Under the pieces are notes generated by a model. It saw nothing but the letters and a program-made list of their open reading frames with translations, searched no databases and was not told where the DNA came from. A stretch of DNA of 64,000 nt from an uncultured Gammaproteobacteria bacterium. GTDB lineage: Bacteria; Patescibacteriota; Microgenomatia; UBA8517. The DNA is taken from positions 356,747-420,746 of the forward strand of contig CAYRUS010000001.1 of NCBI GenBank assembly GCA_964427735.1. Direction: 5' to 3'. The position numbers and the translations under genes are program-made. Shown here in pieces: positions 9,922 through 19,000 of the stretch; positions within the stretch are counted from its first letter, which is position 1; each line of letters opens with the position of its first letter.

Positions 9922-10278
9922 ATGTATAATATTTTTTTATACACCCATATTGTAGGAGCAGGAGTTTTAGCAATATTTATTTGTACTGCAGTATTTGAAA
10001 AAGTTATTCCTCATCAAAAACTTGCTTTCATCATTGCGTATTTAACAATGATCCAGCTAATGAGTGGTTCTATCCTTAGTATTATCACAAATACGTCTTT
10101 ACTTTCCTTTTGTAGCAGAATTGGAATATATATGTTTGTAGTAAGTATGGTGGAAATGTATTTATTTTATAAAACCCAAAAAAACAAATTGGAAAAATTT
10201 CCTACAGCTTATGTTTTATCGTCTATATCGGCGGGGATGCTAATTGTATTTGCAACATTAAGCTCATTTATTTTATAA
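9922..10278 (+). CDS. small integral membrane protein (about 4 TM), hypothetical
   Basis: Hydrophobic segments throughout. No motif recognised. Confidence 0.35.
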   Translation: MYNIFLYTHIVGAGVLAIFICTAVFEKVIPHQKLAFIIAYLTMIQLMSGSILSIITNTSLLSFCSRIGIYMFVVSMVEMYLFYKTQKNKLEKFPTAYVLSSISAGMLIVFATLSSFIL

Positions 10279-10411
10279 ATAAATTATCAAAAATCACATC
10301 TGTTGTCTTCTTACTAACTCCTTACTACCGCCTAATGTAAGTCATAAAGTAAAAACATACTCTAATATTGACAACAAATAGTTAGGTTGTCGATAAGGAG
10401 GTGAGAAGGGA

Positions 10412-10657
10412 ATGTCAATTTTACTCTGGATAATTTTAGGTGCACTTGCTGGGTGGATAGCATCCTTAATAGTAGGCACAGATGCACAACAGGGTGCGAT
10501 TATGAATATTGTTTTAGGTATACTTGGTGCATTGGTAGGAGGATTCTTAATGAATCTTCTAGGATTCAGTTCAATAACTGGATTTAATGTGTGGAGCTTA
10601 GTAGTTGCTACACTCGGTGCAGTAGTCTTGGTCTGGTTAAGGCAAGCAATTGCTTAA
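10412..10657 (+). CDS. GlsB/YeaQ/YmgE family transglycosylase-associated membrane protein
   Basis: Characteristic Gly-rich two-TM sequence GALAGWIASLIVG...GILGALVGGFL. Strong SD AAGGAGG 8 nt upstream. Followed by a clean terminator. Confidence 0.75.
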   Translation: MSILLWIILGALAGWIASLIVGTDAQQGAIMNIVLGILGALVGGFLMNLLGFSSITGFNVWSLVVATLGAVVLVWLRQAIA

Positions 10658-10668
10658 AACCACAGAAA

Positions 10669-10720
10669 CCGGCGTACAATCAGTAAAGGGCAGGTCTATT
10701 GTACGCCGGTAGTTTTTTTA
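10669..10720 (+). terminator. rho-independent terminator after the GlsB-family gene
   Basis: 12-bp stem CCGGCGTACAAT / ATTGTACGCCGG, 17-nt loop, then TAGTTTTTTT. Confidence 0.6.
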
Positions 10721-10747
10721 TAAATAACCAATAAAAATAAAAACATC

Positions 10748-10792
10748 AAAGAGGGGTATCAAATGATACCCCTCTTTTTATTGATGGTGAAA
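10748..10792. terminator. bidirectional hairpin terminator (serves the minus-strand acidic ORF)
   Basis: 13-bp stem AAGAGGGGTATCA / TGATACCCCTCTT with a 2-nt loop, flanked by T-runs on both strands. Confidence 0.5.
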
Positions 10793-10796
10793 ATAT

Positions 10797-11000
10797 TTAT
10801 AATTTTGAAGCATCATCTTCAATATCATATTCATCCATTTCACCTTCGTCGTCTTCATACTCAAAGACTTCTTCATCCATATCTTGTCTCTGTCCACCTT
10901 TTTCAAAATCATTTTCATCTTCTAAGTCATTGAGTATTTCGTCCAATTCGTCTTCCATTTCGTTTCTCTTGTTTTTTGCCATTTTTCTCACCCCCTTCAA
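10797..11000 (-). CDS. highly acidic small protein (67 aa, roughly 45% Asp/Glu)
   Basis: ORF MAKNKRNEMEDELDEILNDLEDEND...DEYDIEDDASKL with its own terminator. No family recognised. Confidence 0.45.
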   Translation of the reverse strand: MKGVRKMAKNKRNEMEDELDEILNDLEDENDFEKGGQRQDMDEEVFEYEDDEGEMDEYDIEDDASKL

Positions 11001-11134
11001 ATTAAAATCAATATATTCAATTGAGATAAGTAGGGAGTTACACTCAAGTAAGAGTTAAATAAGAAATCGAGCTTGAAAAACCATCTAAGTTAAGGTATTG
11101 TAATGGCTGTGTAAGACGACTGTAAGGAGATATT

Positions 11135-11632
11135 ATGAACATGAATTCAGCCATTTACCAATCAAAGAGCTTTAATCTTCAAACATCTATAAAAGAAGAT
11201 TATACCAAAATGAGAATGAGCCTTTTGACGCCCTTTGTTACTACTAATGCGTTACCAAAAACTATTGAAATATTGAACAAGCATCTTCCAGATGTTTTTA
11301 AGACACGGTGTTTCAACAACAATAATTATACTTTTTATAAAGAAGCAAAAAATACAGAGATTGCTCACCTTTTTGAACACATTCTTCTTGAGTATCTCTA
11401 CCAAGAGAAAAAAAATTCAGGTGAGAGGTCAATAAATGTCACTGGTAAAACACGATGGAATTGGCAAAAAAACAATTATGGAACTTTTGAGATTTATATA
11501 AATGTTGGGAAAAAAGAATTAGACCATTTAAAAAATGCTTTAAAGAAAGCGATCAGACTAATAGAAAAAGTTTTAGCAAGTGCTACTATTAAAGCTTCTA
11601 ATAAATCAAGATTTAGCCCTTCATATATTTAA
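11135..11632 (+). CDS. hypothetical protein (165 aa)
   Basis: ORF preceded by SD AAGGAG. No motif recognised. Confidence 0.4.
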   Translation: MNMNSAIYQSKSFNLQTSIKEDYTKMRMSLLTPFVTTNALPKTIEILNKHLPDVFKTRCFNNNNYTFYKEAKNTEIAHLFEHILLEYLYQEKKNSGERSINVTGKTRWNWQKNNYGTFEIYINVGKKELDHLKNALKKAIRLIEKVLASATIKASNKSRFSPSYI

Positions 11633-11750
11633 ATAAAAATCCTGATTAAAAAATTGTATTGACCAAACTCAACACGACTTGTAACTTTTGTAAGAAAGGC
11701 ATATAATTCAGTATCTACAAATACAGGAATTAATAAGTAGGTATAAACTT

Positions 11751-12425
11751 ATGAATAACTCAATCTTAATAGTTGAAGACGACAAGGGAATAAGAGATTA
11801 TGTCAAAGAGTTATTGCTGGATAAAAATTATTCGGTAAGAGATACTGGCAAAGGGACAAGGGCGCTGGAAATTATAGAAAGAGTCCAACCAGACTTAGTA
11901 CTTCTTGATTTAAAACTACCTGATATTGATGGTGAAACTGTATGTAAACAAATCAAAAAAAACTATCCTGATATTCATGTAATTATCCTAACAGCAAAAG
12001 ATAGTGTCGATGATATTGTCGAAGGATTGGATATAGGTGCAGACGACTATGTAACAAAGCCATTCACAGCAGAAGAATTACTCGCAAGAATCAGAGCAAG
12101 ACTAAGGGACAAAGGAGACGGAGAAACAAAACTCAAAGTAGCTGATTTAGAACTTGATAAAAGAACTCTCCAGGTTACGCGAGGAGGTAAACAAATTAGC
12201 TTAACACCTCAAGAATTTAAATTACTTGAATACTTAATGGGCAATACAAATAAAGTCATGACCAGAGAAATGATTCTTAATCGTATCTGGCTGATGTCTC
12301 CTGATGTAGAGAGTAGAGTTGTAGATGTGTATATTGGATATCTAAGAAAGAAGATTGATAAAGGTCACGAAAAGAAATTGATTCAATCAGTCAGAGGATT
12401 TGGCTACACAATAAAAGAAGAATAA
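11751..12425 (+). CDS. OmpR/PhoB-family response regulator (receiver + winged-helix)
   Basis: Receiver motifs (LVLLDLKLPDIDG, phospho-acceptor Asp, YVTKPF). C-terminal trans_reg_C-like winged helix (LTPQEFKLLEYLM...VYIGYLRKKI). No kinase gene adjacent. Confidence 0.85.
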   Translation: MNNSILIVEDDKGIRDYVKELLLDKNYSVRDTGKGTRALEIIERVQPDLVLLDLKLPDIDGETVCKQIKKNYPDIHVIILTAKDSVDDIVEGLDIGADDYVTKPFTAEELLARIRARLRDKGDGETKLKVADLELDKRTLQVTRGGKQISLTPQEFKLLEYLMGNTNKVMTREMILNRIWLMSPDVESRVVDVYIGYLRKKIDKGHEKKLIQSVRGFGYTIKEE

Positions 12426-12506
12426 TCTTTATTCATAAACCACTCAAATTGCTCTAAATTGTTCATATCCGCCTCAGCGCTAGAGGTTTTAATCAAGACA
12501 ATTAGC

Positions 12507-12532
12507 GGCCCCCGAGTTTTACCTCGGGGGCC
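12507..12532. other. perfect GC-rich hairpin in AT-rich non-coding DNA (possible terminator or part of an ncRNA)
   Basis: GGCCCCCGAG tttTac CTCGGGGGCC, a 10-bp all-GC/AG stem with no clear U-tract. Sits in about 470 bp lacking convincing ORFs. Confidence 0.3.
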
Positions 12533-12900
12533 TAACTAGAATCTGTACATCATAAGCCTTTCCCCCTATTCAACGGGCGATGTTAATAATAATATAAATG
12601 AATAAAAAATACTTTGCTTAAATAAACTATCCATATATTCCGATAAATTTTTAAGCAATACTGAAAATTTTTCTTTAAACAACTTACTTTTATCAAGGGT
12701 GACAGTCGAGTAGTTTGAGCCAGAGTTAAACCACACAGAATTTGTGGAGAAAGCAGTAGCAGAAGACATTACAAATAAATTTTTGAATATATCTTTCTCT
12801 TTTTCTGCTTTGAATGGATTGAGCAGCTTCATATTGACTAAAAGATACATTTCGAAGTTAAAAATAAATTCAAAGCAAAGTAAGAAGACAGCAAGAACAA

Positions 12901-13236
12901 TTATTTATTCTTTTTTTGGCTTTTAATGTCATTAATTATTTCCTGTACTAAACTTAGTATTTCCATACGGATAAACTCCCTCATGTCTTTTTGTATTTTT
13001 TCACTAAGATAATCCAATAAACCCTCATCATGAGGTGCTTTGTGTAGTTTTACTACGAATTCATGGTGATGTTCCATAGGGAGCTCATGAAATACACAAC
13101 CCAATACTTTGTGGTGCATGATTTCGTCTATGATTTTTTCAAATTCTTCTCTCTCTTCTTTATAGTCGATCACCTTTTTGAGAGCTTTCTCAATTTTGTC
13201 TAATTCAACTAAATTGTCATAAAATACTTTAGCCAT
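12901..13236 (-). CDS. hypothetical His-rich small protein (111 aa)
   Basis: ORF; cluster HHKVLGCVFHELPMEHHHEF suggests metal binding. Co-directional with the upstream gene. Confidence 0.4.
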   Translation of the reverse strand: MAKVFYDNLVELDKIEKALKKVIDYKEEREEFEKIIDEIMHHKVLGCVFHELPMEHHHEFVVKLHKAPHDEGLLDYLSEKIQKDMREFIRMEILSLVQEIINDIKSQKKNK

Positions 13237-13238
13237 GG

Positions 13239-14189
13239 TTAAAAAGATAAAACAAACTTTTTATTATATTCTACAGGACCCAATGGTATTTCGTTATTAG
13301 GATCATCAACAAAAAACACTAAAACCGGGCCTTTCTTGTATCTGGGACCCCCCAAATGATGCATTACCTCTGGACTTCCCCCAAAACTTTTACCAGTCCA
13401 TGCAGCAGGACCTGAGTCGGCAATAGCTGCCACAACTGCCTGACCATTTTTGGTATTTACAATCAATACCTTTCTGTGCTTATACCAATTTTTTAAATAT
13501 GGCTGTCTCGTATTCCAATCTGGTAAATACAATGTTTGCACAACTGCGTACCACTTTTCAATTTCAGCAAGCTCTGGAGTCAATGCTTGTTTGGAAGGTG
13601 CAAAGTAACCCCAGGCTCCTAATCCTGGAGCTATACCTTCTTTTAGAATTATTCCCTCACCATGATCAGCTAAAGAATCTCCAGGATATCTTTTTAAATG
13701 CTGCTCTGCTCCAATAAGTCCATAGGCTGTATTTAAATGTTCGCCTTCAAGACTAGCACGAGCATTGACTCCTGTGGTTTCTCTGATAATTTGTTCTAAA
13801 AATTTTTCTTCATTTCTGCTTAAAGGACGTGTTCTTTCAGGCAAGAATGATGAAAATATTTCTTTTAATACTTCTTGCTTAGAGTCTTCAGTATCCTTTC
13901 CATGAATGTCATCATCCACATCTTCTTTAAAGCGCTCAATCACTTCATCAGGCGAAGGTAACGAATCAGCACTAGCAGGAACAAGAAATAGAGATCCTGC
14001 CAATGCTGATGTACCAACAATTTTCGCGGAATGATCACGAAGTCTACTTATCTCTAGACCCTTGGTTTTTAGTTCCTTTACTACTTTCGGATGCTTTTGA
14101 AGCAAATCTTGTTGTAATTTAAGCTGTTTTAGTTTTAAATTAGTTCTAAGTGCTTCACTAAAATCACTTTTCTGGGCAGAAATAGGCAT
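13239..14189 (-). CDS. RlpA-like double-psi beta-barrel (DPBB) domain protein, hypothetical
   Basis: C-terminal LIVNTKNGQAVVAAIADSGP resembles the RlpA/3D-domain core V.VTN..NGRSVVVRVNDRGP. N-terminal region unassigned. Lies 10 bp downstream of gltX. Confidence 0.4.
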   Translation of the reverse strand: MPISAQKSDFSEALRTNLKLKQLKLQQDLLQKHPKVVKELKTKGLEISRLRDHSAKIVGTSALAGSLFLVPASADSLPSPDEVIERFKEDVDDDIHGKDTEDSKQEVLKEIFSSFLPERTRPLSRNEEKFLEQIIRETTGVNARASLEGEHLNTAYGLIGAEQHLKRYPGDSLADHGEGIILKEGIAPGLGAWGYFAPSKQALTPELAEIEKWYAVVQTLYLPDWNTRQPYLKNWYKHRKVLIVNTKNGQAVVAAIADSGPAAWTGKSFGGSPEVMHHLGGPRYKKGPVLVFFVDDPNNEIPLGPVEYNKKFVLSF

Positions 14190-14199
14190 AGTTCAAGTA

Positions 14200-15492
14200 T
14201 TACACATATTGGCTAAGGCGTTCTAGTACTTCATTCTTTTTCATCAAAGCAATTGAGTCATTAAATGGCGGTGTGACTTTTTGAGAAAAAATAGCAATTC
14301 TTAAATCCATAAAAAACTTTCCTGTATGAAATCCGTATGCATCTTTTACTTTTGAAAGTGCATCATCAATATCTGATTTATTCCAGCTTTTAATTTTCTC
14401 GAAAATTTTAACCGCAGCATTTATATGAGTTTTATAATCTTCACTAAACAATTCTTCTGAAGCCCTATCAGGTCTATCGAAAATTGGACCGGCTAATTTT
14501 TTAAAATCTGAAAGTTTATTAATTCTAGGCTTAACTAATGGAGCAGCATTTATAATAAGCTCTGGATCCCATTCATCAGGGATATAGTCTTCTACAATTT
14601 GGGCTAGTTCTTCATTTGACATACTTCTTATATATTGCCCGTTCATCCAATCTAACTTGTTTACATCAAAAATCGGTCCCGATTTACGTACTCTGTCTAA
14701 ACTAAACTCTTCTACAAACTCAGCTAAAGAAAAAATCTCTTTTTCTTGAGGATGTGACCAGCCAAGCAAAGCCAAAAAATTAACTAAAGCTTCTGGTAGA
14801 TATCCTTCTGATTTGTAAATCCTCAAATCCACCGGATCTCTTCTTTTGGAAAGCTTTTTCCTATCTTGGTTTCTTATCGTTGGTAAATGCGCAAACTCGG
14901 GAATATCAGCCCCAAACGCTTTATATAGTGCAATTTGCCTAGGTGTATTTGAAATATGTTCTTCACCTCTTATGACGTGACTAATTTTGTGTTGGATATC
15001 ATCTACTACTGTTGCGAAGTTATAAGTTGGAAAACCATCCGACTTCAAGATAACAAAATCTCCTACTTCATCACCTGGAAAGCTTACTTCGCCTCTAACA
15101 AGATCATTCCATTTTACATCTTCTTTGTTATTCTTGAACCGAAATGCACCATCGTCTTCATAAGCAAGATTGTTATTGATTAATTTTTGTGCCCAATCTT
15201 TATAGATATCCAATTTTTCAGATTGTCTGTATGGCCCAAACTCTCCACCTTTAATAGGATCCTCATCCCAATTAAGCCCAAGCCAGCTTAGCCCTTTGTA
15301 TATTTCTTCTTCAGCACCTTCTACATGTCTTTTTTGATCTGTGTCATCTATTCTGACGATAAAAGTACCATTGTTTTTCCTGGCAAATGCATAATTAAAA
15401 AGAGCCATCCAGCCTGTGCCAATATGAGCAAAACCTGTTGGTGAAGGAGCTACTCTTACGCGTATTTTTGGGGTTTTCATGATATAATTCAA
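14200..15492 (-). CDS. gltX: glutamyl-tRNA synthetase
   Basis: HIGH-type motif PSPTGFAHIGT and KLSKR (KMSKS). 430 aa class I catalytic core. Confidence 0.9.
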   Translation of the reverse strand: MNYIMKTPKIRVRVAPSPTGFAHIGTGWMALFNYAFARKNNGTFIVRIDDTDQKRHVEGAEEEIYKGLSWLGLNWDEDPIKGGEFGPYRQSEKLDIYKDWAQKLINNNLAYEDDGAFRFKNNKEDVKWNDLVRGEVSFPGDEVGDFVILKSDGFPTYNFATVVDDIQHKISHVIRGEEHISNTPRQIALYKAFGADIPEFAHLPTIRNQDRKKLSKRRDPVDLRIYKSEGYLPEALVNFLALLGWSHPQEKEIFSLAEFVEEFSLDRVRKSGPIFDVNKLDWMNGQYIRSMSNEELAQIVEDYIPDEWDPELIINAAPLVKPRINKLSDFKKLAGPIFDRPDRASEELFSEDYKTHINAAVKIFEKIKSWNKSDIDDALSKVKDAYGFHTGKFFMDLRIAIFSQKVTPPFNDSIALMKKNEVLERLSQYV

Positions 15493-15537
15493 AAGTCAGG
15501 TAAATATAACGTTACTATATTTTATTGATCAGTTTCA

Positions 15538-16626
15538 TTGAATTTTAACACTTGGAGCAGATATACTCAAAGTAAGCAAATTATGACTTCACTAACAAGA
15601 ACAGCAATAACTGCCCGAAAAATAATCCGCTATGGATTATATGGATTTGTACTTTTACTTATCATGCGTTCTGTTATAAAAACAGGCCTCAGAATTTACA
15701 GAACTGCTTTTCCTCCACCCCCACCACCGCCTACAGTTGAATTTGGAATACTAACCCCAATTCCATTACCTGCTCAGGCAGAACGTGATGGAATAACATA
15801 CAAGCTGGAGACACCAACCGGAGAGCTTCCAACTCTACCGGAGCAGATGAAAGTTTATTTTATGCCACAAAAAGCTACAACATTATTTTCATTAGACGAG
15901 GCAAAAACGGATGCAACTACTCTCGGATTTAGCGGTAAGCAAGAACAACTCAATTCAACTGTGTATCGATTTTACCGTCCTGAAATTCCTGCCTACATGG
16001 AAATGGATATCATAAATAAAGTATTTTCTTTAAGCTATGACTTAGCGGCTGACCCTTCACCACTAGAAAATAATCCTCCTGCTACAGAAACAGCAAAAGC
16101 ATATGTGAAGAACTTCTTGTCCAGTGCAAACTTATCTCATCCTGATTTAGAGGGTCCTGTCACTTTTGAATATTTAAAAGTCCAGCAACAAAGATTTGTT
16201 GAGGTTGTTTCACTCTCAGAGGCAGATCTTGTTAAAGTCAATCTTTATAGACAAGCAATAGATGACTATCCAAGTTTAACTCCAAAAGGTGATGAAGCAA
16301 ACGTCTGGTTTATTGTTTCGGGTTCTAACAAACGAGAAAGCCAAGTCATCGCAGGTCAATATCACTACTTCCCAATTGATCTAGAAAAATCTTCCACCTA
16401 TCCAATCAAATCAGCTGAAGTAGCCTGGCAAGAGCTCCAAGCAGGAGGAGGTTATATTCATAGAATACCCGATTCCAAAAATGTCGTGATTAGAAGAGTT
16501 TATCTTGCATATATGGACCCCGGTGTTCCTAGTGAATTTTATCAACCTGTGATTGTATTTGAAGGAGATAATGATTTTGTTGCCTATGTTCCTGCAGTCA
16601 GCCAAGATTATTACGGTGTAAATTAG
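15538..16626 (+). CDS. hypothetical membrane-anchored protein with poly-Pro linker
   Basis: N-terminal TM, then PPPPPPPT. No catalytic motif recognised. Confidence 0.4.
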   Translation: MNFNTWSRYTQSKQIMTSLTRTAITARKIIRYGLYGFVLLLIMRSVIKTGLRIYRTAFPPPPPPPTVEFGILTPIPLPAQAERDGITYKLETPTGELPTLPEQMKVYFMPQKATTLFSLDEAKTDATTLGFSGKQEQLNSTVYRFYRPEIPAYMEMDIINKVFSLSYDLAADPSPLENNPPATETAKAYVKNFLSSANLSHPDLEGPVTFEYLKVQQQRFVEVVSLSEADLVKVNLYRQAIDDYPSLTPKGDEANVWFIVSGSNKRESQVIAGQYHYFPIDLEKSSTYPIKSAEVAWQELQAGGGYIHRIPDSKNVVIRRVYLAYMDPGVPSEFYQPVIVFEGDNDFVAYVPAVSQDYYGVN

Positions 16627-17540
16627 TTATTAGTTAGATAATTCACAGACTCCCAATTATAACTATCATAAATCCACTCAACTATTTCCTTTGTTTCGCC
16701 AAACCTATCCTGACTTGCTAGTAATGCAACCATAACTTTCCTGCCATCTCTATCCACATAAGTCACTAGGTTTTCGCGAGCATTTTCAGTCCACCCTGTT
16801 TTAACACCTAACACGCCTTCCGTTGATCCTAAAAGTTCATTAGTTGTATGTAATAAATGTGTTTTTGTTCCATCCTGGCTTCTTACTAACTTTTGCTCTG
16901 TCCCTACAATTTTTGCAAAGTCCTTGTTTTGCATTGCTACTTCAGCTGCTCTGATTAAATCTCTTGCGGTTGTTAACTGTTCCTTGGCATCAAAACCAGC
17001 GGGATTATTAAAACTTGTTTTTTCTAAATTTAGCTGCTTTGCTTTTAAGTTCATTGCCATAACAAAACTTTGTCTACCTCCAGGATAATTAGCAGCAATA
17101 ACCTCAGCAGCATCATTTGCACTTAAAACCAATAGTCCATACAGCAGATCTTCAAAGGTGAGTGATTCGTCCTTTACTAAACCCATCTTCCTTCCATCTA
17201 CATTAATATCTCCTACAACAAGAATGTCATCCATTTTAAAGTGATCCATTGCAGTTAATGCGGTGACTATTTTTGTTGTTGATGCAGGCAACAAAAGAGC
17301 ATCTGGATTTTTTTCGTATAAAACAACACCAGAATCAAGATCAACCGCAAATACAGACTGAGCAGAAACAACAGGATAGCTTGATACTTCTTTTAATTTA
17401 GGAATAGGAGATAAAGATTTTTGCCCATTAAATGTAGATACTTTTTGAACAACCACATTTTTTACTTTATTTGGTGTCAATGACAAAGCAGTAGAAAGAA
17501 CAAGCAATAAAACAAGACAGGTAAAGTATGTAAATCGCAT
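16623..17540 (-). CDS. D-alanyl-D-alanine carboxypeptidase (peptidase S11, PBP5/6-like)
   Basis: Signal peptide. Motifs ASTTK (SxxK), SAND (SxN) and KTGWT (KTG). Confidence 0.8.
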   Translation of the reverse strand: MRFTYFTCLVLLLVLSTALSLTPNKVKNVVVQKVSTFNGQKSLSPIPKLKEVSSYPVVSAQSVFAVDLDSGVVLYEKNPDALLLPASTTKIVTALTAMDHFKMDDILVVGDINVDGRKMGLVKDESLTFEDLLYGLLVLSANDAAEVIAANYPGGRQSFVMAMNLKAKQLNLEKTSFNNPAGFDAKEQLTTARDLIRAAEVAMQNKDFAKIVGTEQKLVRSQDGTKTHLLHTTNELLGSTEGVLGVKTGWTENARENLVTYVDRDGRKVMVALLASQDRFGETKEIVEWIYDSYNWESVNYLTNN

Positions 17541-17546
17541 TGAAAG

Positions 17547-18983
17547 TTATTTCTTTTTATCAGTTTTAATATATATCCCTAATTCTTTAAGTTGTTCCTC
17601 ACTAGCCTCGCTTGGTGCGTCAATTACAGCTGTTTGCCCTGAAGCAGCAGTTGGGAAAGCAATAACCTCTCTTACAGACTGTTCTCCTAAAAGTGCCATG
17701 AGGAATCGGTCAATTCCAGGTGCAATACCACCGTGTGGAGGAACTCCATACTTGAATGCTGTAAGCATGTGATCAAATTGCATTTTTTGTTCCTTTGAAA
17801 AACCAATCAGCTCAAAAACTTTCCTTTGAACTTTAGGGTCGTGAATCCTTATACTTCCCCCACCAACTTCAAAACCATTAAGAACCATATCGTGTTGCAA
17901 CCCTCTTACCTTTAAAGGGTCTTTATCTAATAACTCAATATCATCAGCGTGTGGAGCAGTGAACATATGATGACTTGGAGCAAATTTTGCAGAACCGGAG
18001 CCATGGAAAAAATCATCTTCTTTCTGTTCATTAAACAAAGGAAAATCTATTGTCCAAGAGAAGGCGAGTTCATTTGGATCACTTTTGTCTTCTCTTAAAT
18101 CTGGTTTATCAGTACCATACTTTTCTATTGCCTCTTTGTGAGGTATTCTTGGCCAAGGTGTTTGAGAAATTCTTTTATCTGGAAACACTTCGCTTACTAA
18201 ATCTGTAAATAATCTTTCTGTGAGTTTGATAATATCCTCTTGTTGGACAAAAGACATTTCCATATCAAGCTGTGTAAATTCTCCGTATGCTCGGTCTGCT
18301 CTTGGATCCTCATCTCTAAAACATCTTGCTAACTGAAAATACCTTTCTACTCCAGCAACCATCAAAAGCTGCTTATATTGCTGTGGACTTTGAGGCAAAG
18401 CATAAAATTTACCGGGTTGAAGTCTTGATGGAACAAGAAAATCTCGTGCTCCCTCTGGTGTCGTTTTGGTAAGTATAGGCGTTTCTATTTCTACAAAGTC
18501 ATGATTTTGAAGCCAATTCCTTATAAATTGTATCGTCTCAAATCTCTTCCTCATGTTTCTTGTCATTCTTGGTCTACGAATATCTAGGTATCTATATTTG
18601 AGCCTTATAGATTCATCAATATCTAGACCATCAGTATCAATTGGAAGTGGTAGCTCTTCTGATTCAGTAATTACATTGAGCTCACTAATTTGAATTTCCA
18701 CCTCTCCAGTAGGTAAATCAGGATTTACTAAGTGTTCTGGTCTTTTTACTACTTCTCCTTTAATTTCTACTACACTTTCCACAGATAACTTAGGAAGATT
18801 CTGACCAACACATTGGACTTTTCCGGTTCGATCTCTTAAATCAATAAATGTGATTTTTCCATGATCCCGTATTGTATCAACCCAACCTTTTAGAAGCACT
18901 TTTTGGTTAACTTTTTCAGGAGTTTCATTAATTAAAGTTCTTTCCATCCTTGATATTTTAACGCCAAGAGCAAAAATACTCAA
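17547..18983 (-). CDS. aspS: aspartyl-tRNA synthetase (compact form, 478 aa)
   Basis: Class II motif 2 region QSPQQYKQLLMVAGVERYFQLARCFRDEDPRADR. Motif 3 GGGSIRIHD...GIAPGIDR. Shorter than typical bacterial AspRS (about 590 aa), suggesting no GAD insertion. Confidence 0.9.
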   Translation of the reverse strand: MSIFALGVKISRMERTLINETPEKVNQKVLLKGWVDTIRDHGKITFIDLRDRTGKVQCVGQNLPKLSVESVVEIKGEVVKRPEHLVNPDLPTGEVEIQISELNVITESEELPLPIDTDGLDIDESIRLKYRYLDIRRPRMTRNMRKRFETIQFIRNWLQNHDFVEIETPILTKTTPEGARDFLVPSRLQPGKFYALPQSPQQYKQLLMVAGVERYFQLARCFRDEDPRADRAYGEFTQLDMEMSFVQQEDIIKLTERLFTDLVSEVFPDKRISQTPWPRIPHKEAIEKYGTDKPDLREDKSDPNELAFSWTIDFPLFNEQKEDDFFHGSGSAKFAPSHHMFTAPHADDIELLDKDPLKVRGLQHDMVLNGFEVGGGSIRIHDPKVQRKVFELIGFSKEQKMQFDHMLTAFKYGVPPHGGIAPGIDRFLMALLGEQSVREVIAFPTAASGQTAVIDAPSEASEEQLKELGIYIKTDKKK

Positions 18984-19000
18984 TAACTAGCCCTAATCTG

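Noticed and set aside
12482-12500. AGCGCUGAGGCGG (minus strand) resembling the rnpB 5' end AGCGCUGGAGGCGG
   Set aside because: Similarity is limited to 13-14 nt with no continuation. Judged coincidental rather than a second RNase P-like element.
12470-12570. tmRNA, SRP RNA or 6S RNA in the GC-rich part of the long spacer
   Set aside because: None of the hallmark motifs was found on either strand (tmRNA tag-reading frame and 3' tRNA-like end; SRP domain IV GGAAGCAGC). Left as an unassigned hairpin.
12566-12926. Two overlapping opposite-strand ORFs (94 aa and 60 aa) in the long convergent spacer
   Set aside because: AT-rich, low-complexity translations, no RBS, mutually exclusive. More likely non-coding (possible ncRNA/terminator region).
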